DNA from: Gammaproteobacteria bacterium | GTDB lineage: Bacteria; Pseudomonadota; Gammaproteobacteria; Burkholderiales; SG8-41 | Assembly (NCBI GenBank): GCA_041483135.1 | Contig: JBGPFE010000017.1 | Coordinates: 5,546 to 69,545 of the forward strand | Direction: 5' to 3' | DNA: 64,000 nt | Part shown: piece after piece, positions 34,402-43,686 of the stretch | Position numbering within the stretch: the first letter of the stretch is position 1 | Layout of the letters: each line of letters starts with the position of its first letter | Position numbers and translations under genes: made by a program | Notes under the pieces: model-generated | Seen by the model: only the letters and a program-made list of their open reading frames with translations | What the model was told of the DNA's origin: nothing | The model's database searches: none

Positions 34402-35034
34402 TTATTTTTTGTTCACCGGCGACTGCGGATCGACCAGGTATGCAACGACGTGCGTGATCTGCTCTGGGGTAAGGTGTCCGCTTGCGCCCAAACGCGGCAT
34501 GTTCGAACACGGGAAGTGCGCCCACGAATTGTAAATTTTCTCATACGCGTATTTCACCATGGCCTCGGAGTTGCCGCGTTGCGCGCCGAAGTTCGTGAGG
34601 GCGGGCGCGAGGTTACCGACGTTCACCTCCTTCGGATCGAGCGCGTGACAGTTGGAACAGAGCGCGCCGTTTTCCTTGGCCTTCTCGAGCTTCCCGTCGC
34701 GGATGCGGCCGCCGACGCCGTTGTATGCGAGCTTTTCACCGACCTTCCAGTCGCCCATCAGCTTGCCGGAAGCCGGATACTTTATGGAAGCGCGCGCAAG
34801 CTTGACGACCTCCGCCGCTTCGGCCGCAGTTAGCTTGGCATCGCCGAGCTTGCTGCAGATTTTCTGCGACCGGTCCTGTGCTGTGCGCCTGGTGAGGCTT
34901 TCGGGCATCCCCGGGTAGGCCTCGGCGACCATTTTCTCGGCGTATTTTTGCGTTGTCGCCTGGTCGGGAAAGGTTGCGCAGCCTACCGCTACCGCCGCGG
35001 GAACGCATAGCAACACTAGTTTCATCCTGGTCAT
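34402..35034 (-). CDS. soxX: SoxX monoheme cytochrome c
   Basis: Lipoprotein-like signal MTRMKLVLLCVPAAVAVGC, one CxxCH (CSNCH), typical C-terminus FPCSNMPRLG. Lies between soxA and soxB. Confidence 0.8.
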   Translation of the reverse strand: MTRMKLVLLCVPAAVAVGCATFPDQATTQKYAEKMVAEAYPGMPESLTRRTAQDRSQKICSKLGDAKLTAAEAAEVVKLARASIKYPASGKLMGDWKVGEKLAYNGVGGRIRDGKLEKAKENGALCSNCHALDPKEVNVGNLAPALTNFGAQRGNSEAMVKYAYEKIYNSWAHFPCSNMPRLGASGHLTPEQITHVVAYLVDPQSPVNKK

Positions 35035-35048
35035 GTCCGTTCCTCCTC

Positions 35049-35855
35049 TCATCGCCGCACGCCGGGCACCCGGATTACAGCCCCGTTGCCTTGATAATTG
35101 AGGTAGGTGGTGAGAGCGATGCTCATGTCCGACACGTAACCAAGATCGGGTAACCGCATCTGCCAAACGCATTCATAGAGACGGCTCTGCATGGTGAGCA
35201 CTGTGCTCTTCGTGCCAAGGTACGCCGGCCAGCCGGAGACCACTGCCTGCATCTGCTTGGGATCCTTCATGTTGGGCAGATCCTGCAACCGGATGCGCTT
35301 GCCGTCGTCGCCGTGACAGGTAATGCAGGCGAAGTCGGTCGGGCCATTTCGGCGGTGGAAAATGTACTCGCCGGCCTTGTACATTTCACGCTCCTGGTGA
35401 TTGCTTAACCGGACGTCCATTTTCATGCCGTTCGATCTCGACGCGACGAACGTGGCCAACGCTTCCACTTCCGAGGTCCGGTCGAGCGTGCTGAAGCGGT
35501 TCCGGACGATCTCCTCGTGATTCAGGCCTTGGAGCTCGACCATGCAGGTCACAAGCCGTGATTCGACGTCCTGCACTTTGTCGGTGTCGGCGAAGAAGCG
35601 CGGCAATTGCGCGAACGCGCCTTCCAGCTTGCCGGGTCCGAGACCAAAGTCGCATTTTTCGAGCGAAGCGTTCTTGGGGCCGCGTTTCTGGTAGAAGAGC
35701 ATTTTCCCGCGGTCGACCCACAACTCGCCGGGATTGTCCTCGGCCAGCATCTGACGGCCGACCGCAAGCGGGTCGCCCGCGCTGCCTTGCGCGAACGCCA
35801 TCGCGCTCACGCAAGCCAGAGCGATCGCGGCAATGCTGCTGCGAATTTCAGACAT
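35049..35855 (-). CDS. soxA: SoxA cytochrome c
   Basis: Signal peptide, single CxxCH (CITCH), length and position consistent with SoxA. Confidence 0.8.
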   Translation of the reverse strand: MSEIRSSIAAIALACVSAMAFAQGSAGDPLAVGRQMLAEDNPGELWVDRGKMLFYQKRGPKNASLEKCDFGLGPGKLEGAFAQLPRFFADTDKVQDVESRLVTCMVELQGLNHEEIVRNRFSTLDRTSEVEALATFVASRSNGMKMDVRLSNHQEREMYKAGEYIFHRRNGPTDFACITCHGDDGKRIRLQDLPNMKDPKQMQAVVSGWPAYLGTKSTVLTMQSRLYECVWQMRLPDLGYVSDMSIALTTYLNYQGNGAVIRVPGVRR

Positions 35856-35908
35856 GATGACCTCCTCCAGTATTTTTTATAATTGGCGGCGCGCACTGGC
35901 CGCCGTGC

Positions 35909-36229
35909 TTACGACGGCGCCGCCACGACGGCTTCATCGGCGCGCTTGTCGCCTTTGTTGTCGGTCCAGGTGACGCTGATCTTGTCGCCGGTTTTGGCGC
36001 CTTGCACGCGCAGGCCCAGAAACGGATTGCGTGAAATGGCCTGACTCCATTGAGCGTCGAGCACGGTCTTGCCGTTGTGGGTGACCACTACGCTCTGGAT
36101 GAAGTGCATCGGTACGATTTCACCCTTGGGGTCCTTGCGCTGCCCGGTTTCCATCGGGTGCAGCATCAAAATGCGGATATCGGCTGCGTCGCCCTGCAGG
36201 GTGGCGCGGATTTTCATCGGGTCAGCCAT
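35909..36229 (-). CDS. soxZ: SoxZ sulfur-carrier partner
   Basis: Trimmed to MADPMKIRATLQGDAADIRILMLHPMETG. About 106 aa, directly after soxY. Confidence 0.85.
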   Translation of the reverse strand: MADPMKIRATLQGDAADIRILMLHPMETGQRKDPKGEIVPMHFIQSVVVTHNGKTVLDAQWSQAISRNPFLGLRVQGAKTGDKISVTWTDNKGDKRADEAVVAAPS

Positions 36230-36284
36230 TGGGTAGTTCCTTTCCTCGTTATCCTCTGGTCGCGGGGGTGTGGTCGATGCGGAA

Positions 36285-36752
36285 TCAGCCGCAGCCGCCG
36301 ATGGTGACCTTGACTTCCTTGGCGGCGGTGTAGAACCTGCCGTCGGCCTTGACGATGGCGCGCACGTTCGAGGTCTGGCCGATTTTAATCCGGATTGAGA
36401 CGTAACCTTCGCCGCCGTTCGCGACATCGAAGGTGGAAGTCAAAGGAAATGGGTTTTTCTCGGCGATGATCGAAATGCTCTGGGTGTTGGGGATTTTGCT
36501 GGTGACCGCAATCGGCACCACTGCACCGTTTTCGGCGATGTCCGGCGCCGTAATAACAATGTCCTTGCTTTCTGCCGGGTTGGCGGCACCGAGGCTTTTC
36601 AGCGCGTCGGCGACCGCTTTCGATTCGAACCCGGCCTTGTTCCAAGTCGCGGCGAGCGCTTCGCCGGTCTTGATCAGGCCGGCGCACAGCGCGAGCACAA
36701 CAGTGCCGGCGGCGCCCGACAATTTCAAAAAGTTTCTGCGCAATTGATTCAT
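36285..36752 (-). CDS. soxY: SoxY sulfur-carrier protein
   Basis: Tat-type signal MNQLRRNFLKLSGAAG and the diagnostic C-terminal VKVTIGGCG swinging-arm cysteine. Confidence 0.9.
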   Translation of the reverse strand: MNQLRRNFLKLSGAAGTVVLALCAGLIKTGEALAATWNKAGFESKAVADALKSLGAANPAESKDIVITAPDIAENGAVVPIAVTSKIPNTQSISIIAEKNPFPLTSTFDVANGGEGYVSIRIKIGQTSNVRAIVKADGRFYTAAKEVKVTIGGCG

Positions 36753-36822
36753 CGTTCCTCCTGATTGTTCGGGCGTCGACACTGTTCAGGCTTAAGCCCC
36801 GAATTTGCAGCGTGTCGCGTAA

Positions 36823-36838
36823 ATTAGCGAATGCTAAT
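36823..36838. promoter_or_regulatory. Inverted repeat ATTAGC-N4-GCTAAT upstream of soxY (possible operator)
   Basis: attagcgaatgctaat lies 70-85 bp upstream of the soxY start in the moaC-soxY gap. Confidence 0.2.
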
Positions 36839-36919
36839 GCTAGCCAAGTTTAGCCGGGCTGTCTATGGCCCTTCCGCGGGCAAACCGAGACGCCGTCACG
36901 CTATATAAATTCGGCGCCC

Positions 36920-37405
36920 TCAGGCACGTGGCTTGCGCACCCAGTGACCGGATTTACCGCCGTGTTTCTCGAGCAGGCAGATATTCTCGATGCGCATCCC
37001 GCGGTCAGCGGCTTTGCACATGTCGTAGATCGTGAGCAAGCCGGTCGCCACCGCGGTCAACGCTTCCATTTCGACGCCGGTGCGGCCGCGCGTTTCGGCG
37101 CTCGCGACGCACACGACCGCGTTACGCTTGCGGTCGACCGTGAAATCAACGCTGATGCGGGTGAGGCCCAGCGGGTGGGCAAGCGGGATCAGATCGGCCG
37201 TGCGCTTGGCGCCCTGGATCGCGGCGATGCGCGCAACACCCAGCACGTCGCCTTTTTTGGCGCCTCCCGCGGCGATCATGGCGAGCGTCGCACGCTGCAT
37301 CGCAATGCGGCCGCACGCACGCGCGATGCGGTGCGTTTCGTGCTTGGTTCCGACATCGACCATATGCGCCTGGCCGCGGCTATCGAAATGGGTGAGCTTT
37401 TTCAC
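36920..37405 (-). CDS. moaC: Cyclic pyranopterin monophosphate synthase MoaC
   Basis: [24 protein letters not shown]..., [30 protein letters not shown] start. Confidence 0.9.
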   Translation of the reverse strand: MKKLTHFDSRGQAHMVDVGTKHETHRIARACGRIAMQRATLAMIAAGGAKKGDVLGVARIAAIQGAKRTADLIPLAHPLGLTRISVDFTVDRKRNAVVCVASAETRGRTGVEMEALTAVATGLLTIYDMCKAADRGMRIENICLLEKHGGKSGHWVRKPRA

Positions 37406-37477
37406 GGCTGTTCTCCGATCATTAAACGCAGACGGCGTGATTTAGGAACTTCAGCGTCTCCGGTTTATCATAGCATC

Positions 37478-38914
37478 GTGAAGCCGCTTAATCTGATATT
37501 TGCGCTGGTCCTGCTCGCCATCCCAGCAGCTATCGGCCAGGGGCTGCCCGACCTCGGCGACGTATCGCAAAGCGAAATGTCGCCGTTGCAGGAGCGCCGC
37601 ATCGGCGAGAGCGTCATGCGTGAAATCCGCGCCGATCCCAGCTATGCCGACGATCCGGAACTTACCGAGTATCTCAATTCTCTCGGCAACAAGTTGGTCG
37701 CTGCCAGCCCGGACTCGCGGCAGGAATTCAATTTTTTCCTGATCCGCGACCCGCAGGTCAATGCATTCGCCCTGCCGGGAGGGTTTATCGGGGTCAACTC
37801 CGGGTTGCTGCTGACCGCACAAAGCGAGTCCGAGCTGGCGGGCGTGCTGGCGCACGAAATTGGCCACGTGGTCCAGCGCCACTTTGCCCGCATGCTCGTG
37901 GCGCAGAAGGGATTCCAGCTCACTTCACTTGCTGCGCTCGCGATAGCGATACTCGCCGCGCGTTCCAACTCGGAGGTCTCGCAGGCGGCAATGGTGGGAG
38001 CACAGGCAAGTTATGTTCAATCTTCACTCAACTTCACGCGCGCGAATGAGCAGGAAGCTGATCGCGTCGGCTTTCAAATCCTCGAGAAATCGGGCTTCGA
38101 TCCCCAAGGAATGGCGGCATTTTTCGGGCGTATGCTGCGCGCAACGCGATTTTCCGACACCGCGGCACCCTCGTATCTGCGCACCCACCCGCTGACGACC
38201 GATCGGATCGCGGACATGGAAAACCGCGCCCAGAATTTGCCGTACCACCAGGTGCCCGACAGCATCGAATTCCAGCTGATGCGCGCCAAGCTCAAAGCCG
38301 CGCAGGACAGTCCACGGGAGGCCGTAGAATTTTTTGAGGAGAGCTTGAAAGAACGCAAATTCCTGAGCGAGGCGGCCAGCCGTTATGGCATGGTGTCGGC
38401 TTTAATCCGCGTCAAGGCGCACCCGCGAGCCTTGCAAGAGCTGCGCGCATTGCGCAAGCTGGTGCCCGCCAATCCTATCGTGGAGACGCTCGCTGCGCGA
38501 CTTTATGCCGCGGCGGATAACAATGTAACGGCACTGCAAACTTACCGGGACGCGCTCAGAAATTATCCCGGCTATCGCGCGCTGGTATACGACTATGCGG
38601 ATGCGCTGCTGCGCAGCCGCCAGCCCGAGGAAGCGCTCAAACTGGTCGAGAGCCGGATGCAATATACAACGTCTGATTACCGACTCTATCAGTTGCAGGC
38701 TAGATGCTACGCCGCGCTCGATAAGCACTTGCAGCAACACCGCGCGCTGGCGGAAGCGTTTTACCGGGTCGGCAACCTGCCGGCCGCGATCGAGCAACTG
38801 GTGCTGGCGCAGAAAAGCGGCGATGGCGATTTTTACCAGCAGTCGAGCGTCGATGCGCGCTTGCGCGAGTTGCGCTTGCTCGAGGAGGAGGCGCGGCGGG
38901 AAAGCCGCAGGTGA
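37478..38914 (+). CDS. bepA: M48-family periplasmic metalloprotease with C-terminal TPRs (BepA/YfgC-like)
   Basis: Trimmed to GTG 37478 (VKPLNLIFALVLLAIPAA signal), because the upstream part of the ORF is antisense to moaC. HEIGHVVQRH zinc motif, EADRVG, TPR-like C-terminus. Confidence 0.8.
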   Translation: MKPLNLIFALVLLAIPAAIGQGLPDLGDVSQSEMSPLQERRIGESVMREIRADPSYADDPELTEYLNSLGNKLVAASPDSRQEFNFFLIRDPQVNAFALPGGFIGVNSGLLLTAQSESELAGVLAHEIGHVVQRHFARMLVAQKGFQLTSLAALAIAILAARSNSEVSQAAMVGAQASYVQSSLNFTRANEQEADRVGFQILEKSGFDPQGMAAFFGRMLRATRFSDTAAPSYLRTHPLTTDRIADMENRAQNLPYHQVPDSIEFQLMRAKLKAAQDSPREAVEFFEESLKERKFLSEAASRYGMVSALIRVKAHPRALQELRALRKLVPANPIVETLAARLYAAADNNVTALQTYRDALRNYPGYRALVYDYADALLRSRQPEEALKLVESRMQYTTSDYRLYQLQARCYAALDKHLQQHRALAEAFYRVGNLPAAIEQLVLAQKSGDGDFYQQSSVDARLRELRLLEEEARRESRR

Positions 38915-38957
38915 TGTGCGTGTGTCCGCACATGGGCAACCCTTTTCCACGTGTTTC

Positions 38958-40313
38958 TTATGGTCCGAGCAGCGGCCTGACCAGCGTATAGGCGAGGCCG
39001 ACCGCGCCGCACGCGGCGATGACCGGAATGATCCCGATTTTGTAGCGCCACAACGCGGCGAACGCGGCGACGCCGATCAGCGCCGACAGCCATTCGAAAG
39101 CGCCGCCGAAGCCTTGCGGCCACAGCACATGATAGGCAAAGAACACCGCGAGATTGAGTATCACGCCGACCACCGCGGCGGTTATGCCGGTCAACGGCGC
39201 GGTGAACTTGAGATTTCCGTGCGTGGTTTCGATCAGTGGCGCGCCGAGGAAAATGAAAATAAAGCTTGGCAGGAAGGTGAAGTAGGTGACGACGACGGCA
39301 GCCACACAGCCGGCGAGAAGTGCGCTGTCGGGACCGAACAACTGCTTGGTCCAGCCGCCGACGAAGCCGATAAACGTCACTACCATGATGAGCGGGCCCG
39401 GCGTGGTTTCGCCGAGCGCCAGGCCGTCGATCATCTGCGTTGCGCTCAGCCACTGGTATTGCTCGACGCCGCCTTGATAGACGTAAGGCAGTACTGCATA
39501 AGCGCCGCCGAACGTGAGCAGTGCGGCCTTGGTGAAGAACCAGCCCATCTGCGTCAATGTGGCGTCCCAGCCATAAAGCGCAAACAATAACGCCATCACG
39601 CCGCCCCACAGCGCCAGACTTGCGACGCAGACACGGATGAGGCGCGGCCAGGTAAACAACGCATGCTGCGGGGTCGGAGTATTGTCGTCGATGATCGCGG
39701 CGCCGTAACTTCTGTCGGCAGCGCCGTGGCCGCCGCCGGTCGCAAATTTGGCGGGCGCGATGCGACCGCCAAGATAGCCGATCACGCCCGCGCCGAGCAC
39801 GATGTACGGAAACGGCGCCTTGAGAGCGAATATCGCGATGAACGCCGCCGCGGCTACCGACCACAGCACGGCATTTTTCAGCGCGCGCGAACCGATGCGG
39901 TAGGCGGCAAACACCACGATCGCGGTGACCGCCGGCTTGATGCCGTAGAGGATGCCGGCCACTGCCGGCACGTTGCCGTAAGCCATGTAGATCCACGACA
40001 GCGCGATCAGGATGAATAGCGATGGCAGGAAGAACAGCGTGCCGGCGATGATGCCACCCCAGGTGCGGTGCATCATCCAGCCGATATAGGTCGCGAGCTG
40101 GGTTGCTTCGGGCCCGGGCAGCACCATGCAGTAATTGAGCGCGTGCAGAAAGCGCCGTTCCGAAATCCAGCGTTTCTTCTCGACCAGGTCCTGATGCATG
40201 ATCGCGATCTGTCCGGTCGGGCCGCCAAAGCTGATGAAGCCGAGCTTGAGCCAGTACCGGAATGATTCGGCGGGGGTAACTGGCGGCGGCGCCGGGCTCA
40301 ATTCGAAGTCCAT
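38958..40313 (-). CDS. chrA: Chromate transporter ChrA (CHR family, duplicated)
   Basis: Trimmed to MDFELSP.. at 40313. FISFGGPTGQIAIMH and a second FGGAYAVLPYV repeat, polytopic membrane protein. Confidence 0.9.
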   Translation of the reverse strand: MDFELSPAPPPVTPAESFRYWLKLGFISFGGPTGQIAIMHQDLVEKKRWISERRFLHALNYCMVLPGPEATQLATYIGWMMHRTWGGIIAGTLFFLPSLFILIALSWIYMAYGNVPAVAGILYGIKPAVTAIVVFAAYRIGSRALKNAVLWSVAAAAFIAIFALKAPFPYIVLGAGVIGYLGGRIAPAKFATGGGHGAADRSYGAAIIDDNTPTPQHALFTWPRLIRVCVASLALWGGVMALLFALYGWDATLTQMGWFFTKAALLTFGGAYAVLPYVYQGGVEQYQWLSATQMIDGLALGETTPGPLIMVVTFIGFVGGWTKQLFGPDSALLAGCVAAVVVTYFTFLPSFIFIFLGAPLIETTHGNLKFTAPLTGITAAVVGVILNLAVFFAYHVLWPQGFGGAFEWLSALIGVAAFAALWRYKIGIIPVIAACGAVGLAYTLVRPLLGP

Positions 40314-40749
40314 GTATTTTTTCCTCGAGCGTAGTGTTATCGCGCCGCTGGGTTGAGGCCGGCTATGCAACTGCGTACCTGGATTTGAACGATCTGACAG
40401 GCCATTTGCAAATTGCGCCCATTCCCGCGGAAAAATCCCGTGGTAGTGCAGGGCTGGGGCGAAATGCCTTGAGTGAACCGGGCGTCTGCTTAAAGCCCGA
40501 TGTGGATTAAAGCCTATTACAGTTGCGCTGTCGACAACGTCATTGGCCCGCCGGGCAGGTCGATCGTTTACTCCCGCCACCCCATTTTGAGTTGCTTGGG
40601 CACCCGGATTAAGCGAGGTATAGGCCGGAGACGGTGGATGGGTGTGCCGCATAAGTCAGAAGCGGCGCAAACATCCGGCTTTATGGTATTGTATTTATTT
40701 GAATATCGGTCTCGCTCAAGGGCTCAGGCCGGGTTTGACGCCTTACGTC

Positions 40750-42045
40750 ATGAAAAAAATCGGTAAATATGAGGTCATCCGCGAACTCGGGAAGGGCGCG
40801 ACCAGCGCCGTCTTCGAGGCGCTCGACCCGTTCGTCAATCGCCATGTCGCGATCAAGGTGGTGTTTGCCGAGGCGCTCGGCGACAAGGAGCACGGCCGGC
40901 GCTACCGCAAGCTGTTCGTCACGGAAGCCTCGCTCGCCGGCAAGCTGTCGCACCCTCACATCGTCAGCATTTACGACGCGGTCGCCGACGACGAAGCGAG
41001 CTACATCGTGATGGAGTATGTCGATGGCACCACTCTCGAGCAATACTCGCGGCCCGAGCATCTGCTGCCGATCAACAAGGTGATCGAGATCGTTTTCAAG
41101 TGCACCAAAGCGCTCGACTACGCGGCCAAGCAGGGCGTGATCCACCGCGATATCAAGCCCGCCAACATCATGTTGTCGGGTGAGAACGATATCAAGATTA
41201 CCGATTTCGGCGCGGCCCAGACTTCAGCCACCGAAACCACCCAGATCACCGGCATCGGCTCGCCCGCCTACATGTCGCCCGAGCAGGTGAAGGAGCAGGC
41301 GCTCACCCACCAGACTGATATTTTTTCGCTCGGCGTGGTGCTGTACCAGATGCTCACCGGCAAGCTGCCGTTCCAGGCCAACAACAACTACAGCATGATC
41401 TATCAGATCATCAATGCCGAGGCGTCCGCGCCCAGCACCCTGCGTACTGAAGTGCCGCCGCAGCTCGATGCGATAGTCAAGCGCGCGCTACAGAAAAATA
41501 CCACCGAGCGCTATCAGACGTGGGAAGAAATTTCGCACGAACTGGTCGCCGTATTCGGCAACCTGCAGAAACCCGAGAAAAACATACCGGACAGCGAGAA
41601 GTTCAACGCGCTGCGCAAGCTGACGTTCTTCAAGAACTTCGCCGATGTCGAGTTGTGGGAGGTGCTGCGCGTCACCACCTGGAACAAGCATGGCCCGGGT
41701 CACGTTCTTATCAAGGAAGGCGATGTCGGCAAGTCGTTTTTCATTCTCGCCGCCGGCGAGGTCAAGATCACCAAGCAGGACAAGCTGCTCAACGTGCTGC
41801 GCGCCGGGGATTGCTTCGGCGAAATGGCGTATCTCGGCAAGAAGCAGTTTCAGCGCACCGCGAGCGTCATTTCCGCGACCGACATCACGGTGATCGAAAT
41901 CAAATCGGAGGCGCTGGCACAGGCCTCCGAGTTGTGCCGCCATAATTTCAACGGCGCGTTTCTCGAAATCCTGGTCGATCGCCTGTCGATGGCGAATACG
42001 CGGCTGTCGCAGCTGCTCGCCGACAAGAACATCAGCGTTTTCTAG
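40750..42045 (+). CDS. Ser/Thr protein kinase fused to a C-terminal cyclic-nucleotide-binding domain
   Basis: Kinase motifs GKGATSAV, AIKV, HRDIKPANIM, DFG, GSPAYMSPE. The cNMP-binding domain has FFKNFADVELWEVL and GDCFGEMAYLG...RTASVIS. Confidence 0.9.
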   Translation: MKKIGKYEVIRELGKGATSAVFEALDPFVNRHVAIKVVFAEALGDKEHGRRYRKLFVTEASLAGKLSHPHIVSIYDAVADDEASYIVMEYVDGTTLEQYSRPEHLLPINKVIEIVFKCTKALDYAAKQGVIHRDIKPANIMLSGENDIKITDFGAAQTSATETTQITGIGSPAYMSPEQVKEQALTHQTDIFSLGVVLYQMLTGKLPFQANNNYSMIYQIINAEASAPSTLRTEVPPQLDAIVKRALQKNTTERYQTWEEISHELVAVFGNLQKPEKNIPDSEKFNALRKLTFFKNFADVELWEVLRVTTWNKHGPGHVLIKEGDVGKSFFILAAGEVKITKQDKLLNVLRAGDCFGEMAYLGKKQFQRTASVISATDITVIEIKSEALAQASELCRHNFNGAFLEILVDRLSMANTRLSQLLADKNISVF

Positions 42046-42087
42046 CCCGGCTGCATTTCCGCTGTTTGCGCGCGCTCACTTGCCCGC

Positions 42088-42393
42088 TTATTTTCCCGTC
42101 GCGGGCGACGATGCGTAGTGGTCGAGCGTAACGCGGTCGCGCCAGAATTTCTCATCCAGCAGCGCCGCCGGCAGGCCGAGCCGGGCAGCGGGTTCGACCG
42201 GCGATTCTTTTGCCACTCTGAGCACCTCGTCGTAACCGATCCTGCGCAGCACCCCGGCCTCGCTCGTCATGCGTGCGACCATGAAGTTGTCATGGGCGCG
42301 GTACACATAGATCTGCGCCGGCAGCACCTTGCCGGCGGGGTTGCGCCAGCTGATGGTGTAGCGCGTGTCGGGTTTGAAATCCTGTTTTTCCAT
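42088..42393 (-). CDS. Hypothetical protein (101 aa)
   Basis: Clean ORF convergent with the kinase gene. No recognisable motif. Confidence 0.5.
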   Translation of the reverse strand: MEKQDFKPDTRYTISWRNPAGKVLPAQIYVYRAHDNFMVARMTSEAGVLRRIGYDEVLRVAKESPVEPAARLGLPAALLDEKFWRDRVTLDHYASSPATGK

Positions 42394-42660
42394 GGTTCAC
42401 GCTTCTATCGGTCGCACGCGCGACGACCGCGCATGCAGGGCCCATCCTAATCCAACTTCGCTACGCGCCGCCTTGCGCGCTACACAGTCGCGGCGGTGTG
42501 GTGCGCGGTCGGCGTGAAAGCCCCTAGCATAAATGTGGGAATTCGGCCGGCGCGCCGGCGCAGATTAGGCACTATAATCTTCATTCTTCACGGGGATTGC
42601 CGGTGCAGGCAGGCGGGCCGCCGCCAGCTGAGACAGCTCGATGCGGTGCGGCTTTCGTTC

Positions 42661-42689
42661 TTGCGCCGGTCGGCCAATGACCGTATATT
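42661..42689 (+). promoter_or_regulatory. Candidate sigma-70 promoter for tusA-hdr
   Basis: TTGCGC-N17-TATATT lies about 38 nt upstream of the tusA ATG. GAGGAG ribosome-binding site before the ATG. Confidence 0.3.
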
Positions 42690-42727
42690 AGAGTTTTATT
42701 CTAAACTGATTTTGCGAGGAGCGAAGG

Positions 42728-42955
42728 ATGAATTTCGACAAGGAACTCGATGCGCGGGGACTGAACTGCCCATTGCCGATCCTGCGCTGCAAGAAATCGC
42801 TGACCGACATGACGACCGGCCAGGTGCTCAAGATTCTCGCCACCGACCCAGGGTCGGTGAAGGACTTCCAGGCGTTCTCCAAGCAAACCGGCAACGAGCT
42901 GCTGTCCTCCGAAGCTGCCGACAAAGAATTCATTTTTTTCATGAAAAAGAAATAG
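42728..42955 (+). CDS. tusA: TusA/SirA-family sulfur-carrier protein
   Basis: LDARGLNCPLPILRCKK carries the CPxP active-site motif. 75 aa. Confidence 0.9.
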   Translation: MNFDKELDARGLNCPLPILRCKKSLTDMTTGQVLKILATDPGSVKDFQAFSKQTGNELLSSEAADKEFIFFMKKK

Positions 42956-42979
42956 CCGTCGCACGCGCCGGCACCGTCC

Positions 42980-43669
42980 ATGGCTACCCACGTCGAAATG
43001 CGCGAGATCTTCGAGGACATCAAGTCCGATCTGCGCTATGACCATGAGCTGAACGGCTGCCTGAATTGCGGTATCTGCACCGCAACTTGTCCCGCTGCGC
43101 ATTTCTACGACTTCAGCCCGCGCGAAATCGTGCAGCTGCTGTGGACCGAGAACGTCGAGCAGGTCTACGACGCGATGCAGGAGAAGATCTGGGCGTGTGC
43201 GCAGTGCATGACATGCGCCGCGCGCTGTCCATTCAAAAACTCCCCCGGCGGCCTGATTTCGATCATGCGCGAAGTCGCGATCAAGCACGGCATGCAATCG
43301 GCGAAAGACGTGCTGCGGCCGTTCGGGCGCGTGATGCTGAAGCTGATCACGACTGGCAACCAGCTGTCGCCCGACATGATTCAGCCCGATCACTTTCCCG
43401 ATTGGGGCCCCAATATCCAGAAGGTAGAAGGCAACCTTAAGACGTTGCGCAAAGCAATCCCGTTGCGCACGTTGCAGACCACGGATACCGCATGGGAAAC
43501 GTCGCTCAAAACGTCGGTCGAGATGTATACCATCTGGGAGATGACGGGGGTGCTGAAATCGCTCGAAATGATGGACGAGAATTTGTACGCCGTCATTGAA
43601 GATTTTATCGATGAGAAGCGCGAAGAGTACGAGGACCAACTCGCCGAACAGTCCGACAAAAGCGAGTGA
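42980..43669 (+). CDS. hdrC1: sHdrC1, heterodisulfide-reductase-like subunit C (2x[4Fe-4S] ferredoxin type)
   Basis: CLNCGICTATCP and CAQCMTCAARCP clusters. Position in the tusA-hdrC1B1A-hyp-hdrC2B2 order. Confidence 0.85.
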   Translation: MATHVEMREIFEDIKSDLRYDHELNGCLNCGICTATCPAAHFYDFSPREIVQLLWTENVEQVYDAMQEKIWACAQCMTCAARCPFKNSPGGLISIMREVAIKHGMQSAKDVLRPFGRVMLKLITTGNQLSPDMIQPDHFPDWGPNIQKVEGNLKTLRKAIPLRTLQTTDTAWETSLKTSVEMYTIWEMTGVLKSLEMMDENLYAVIEDFIDEKREEYEDQLAEQSDKSE

Positions 43670-43686
43670 GCACACGAGGAGCAGCC

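Noticed and set aside
36944-37477. 5' part of the 656-aa ORF preceding the M48 peptidase
   Set aside because: It is antisense to moaC. The peptidase signal peptide begins at GTG 37478.
38914-38933. Hairpin ATGTGCG-tgtgtc-CGCACAT between convergent bepA and chrA as a bidirectional terminator
   Set aside because: The stem is only 7 bp and neither side has a U-tract. That is too weak to call.
38595-39590. 331-aa plus-strand ORF overlapping the BepA 3' end and antisense to chrA
   Set aside because: The opposite strand encodes a polytopic CHR transporter with diagnostic repeats. This frame is Arg/Gly/Asp-rich and has no motifs.
40314-40652. 113-codon extension upstream of chrA
   Set aside because: ChrA homologs begin near the FISFGGPTGQ motif. 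The extension is non-membrane, low-complexity sequence in an AT-richer promoter region.
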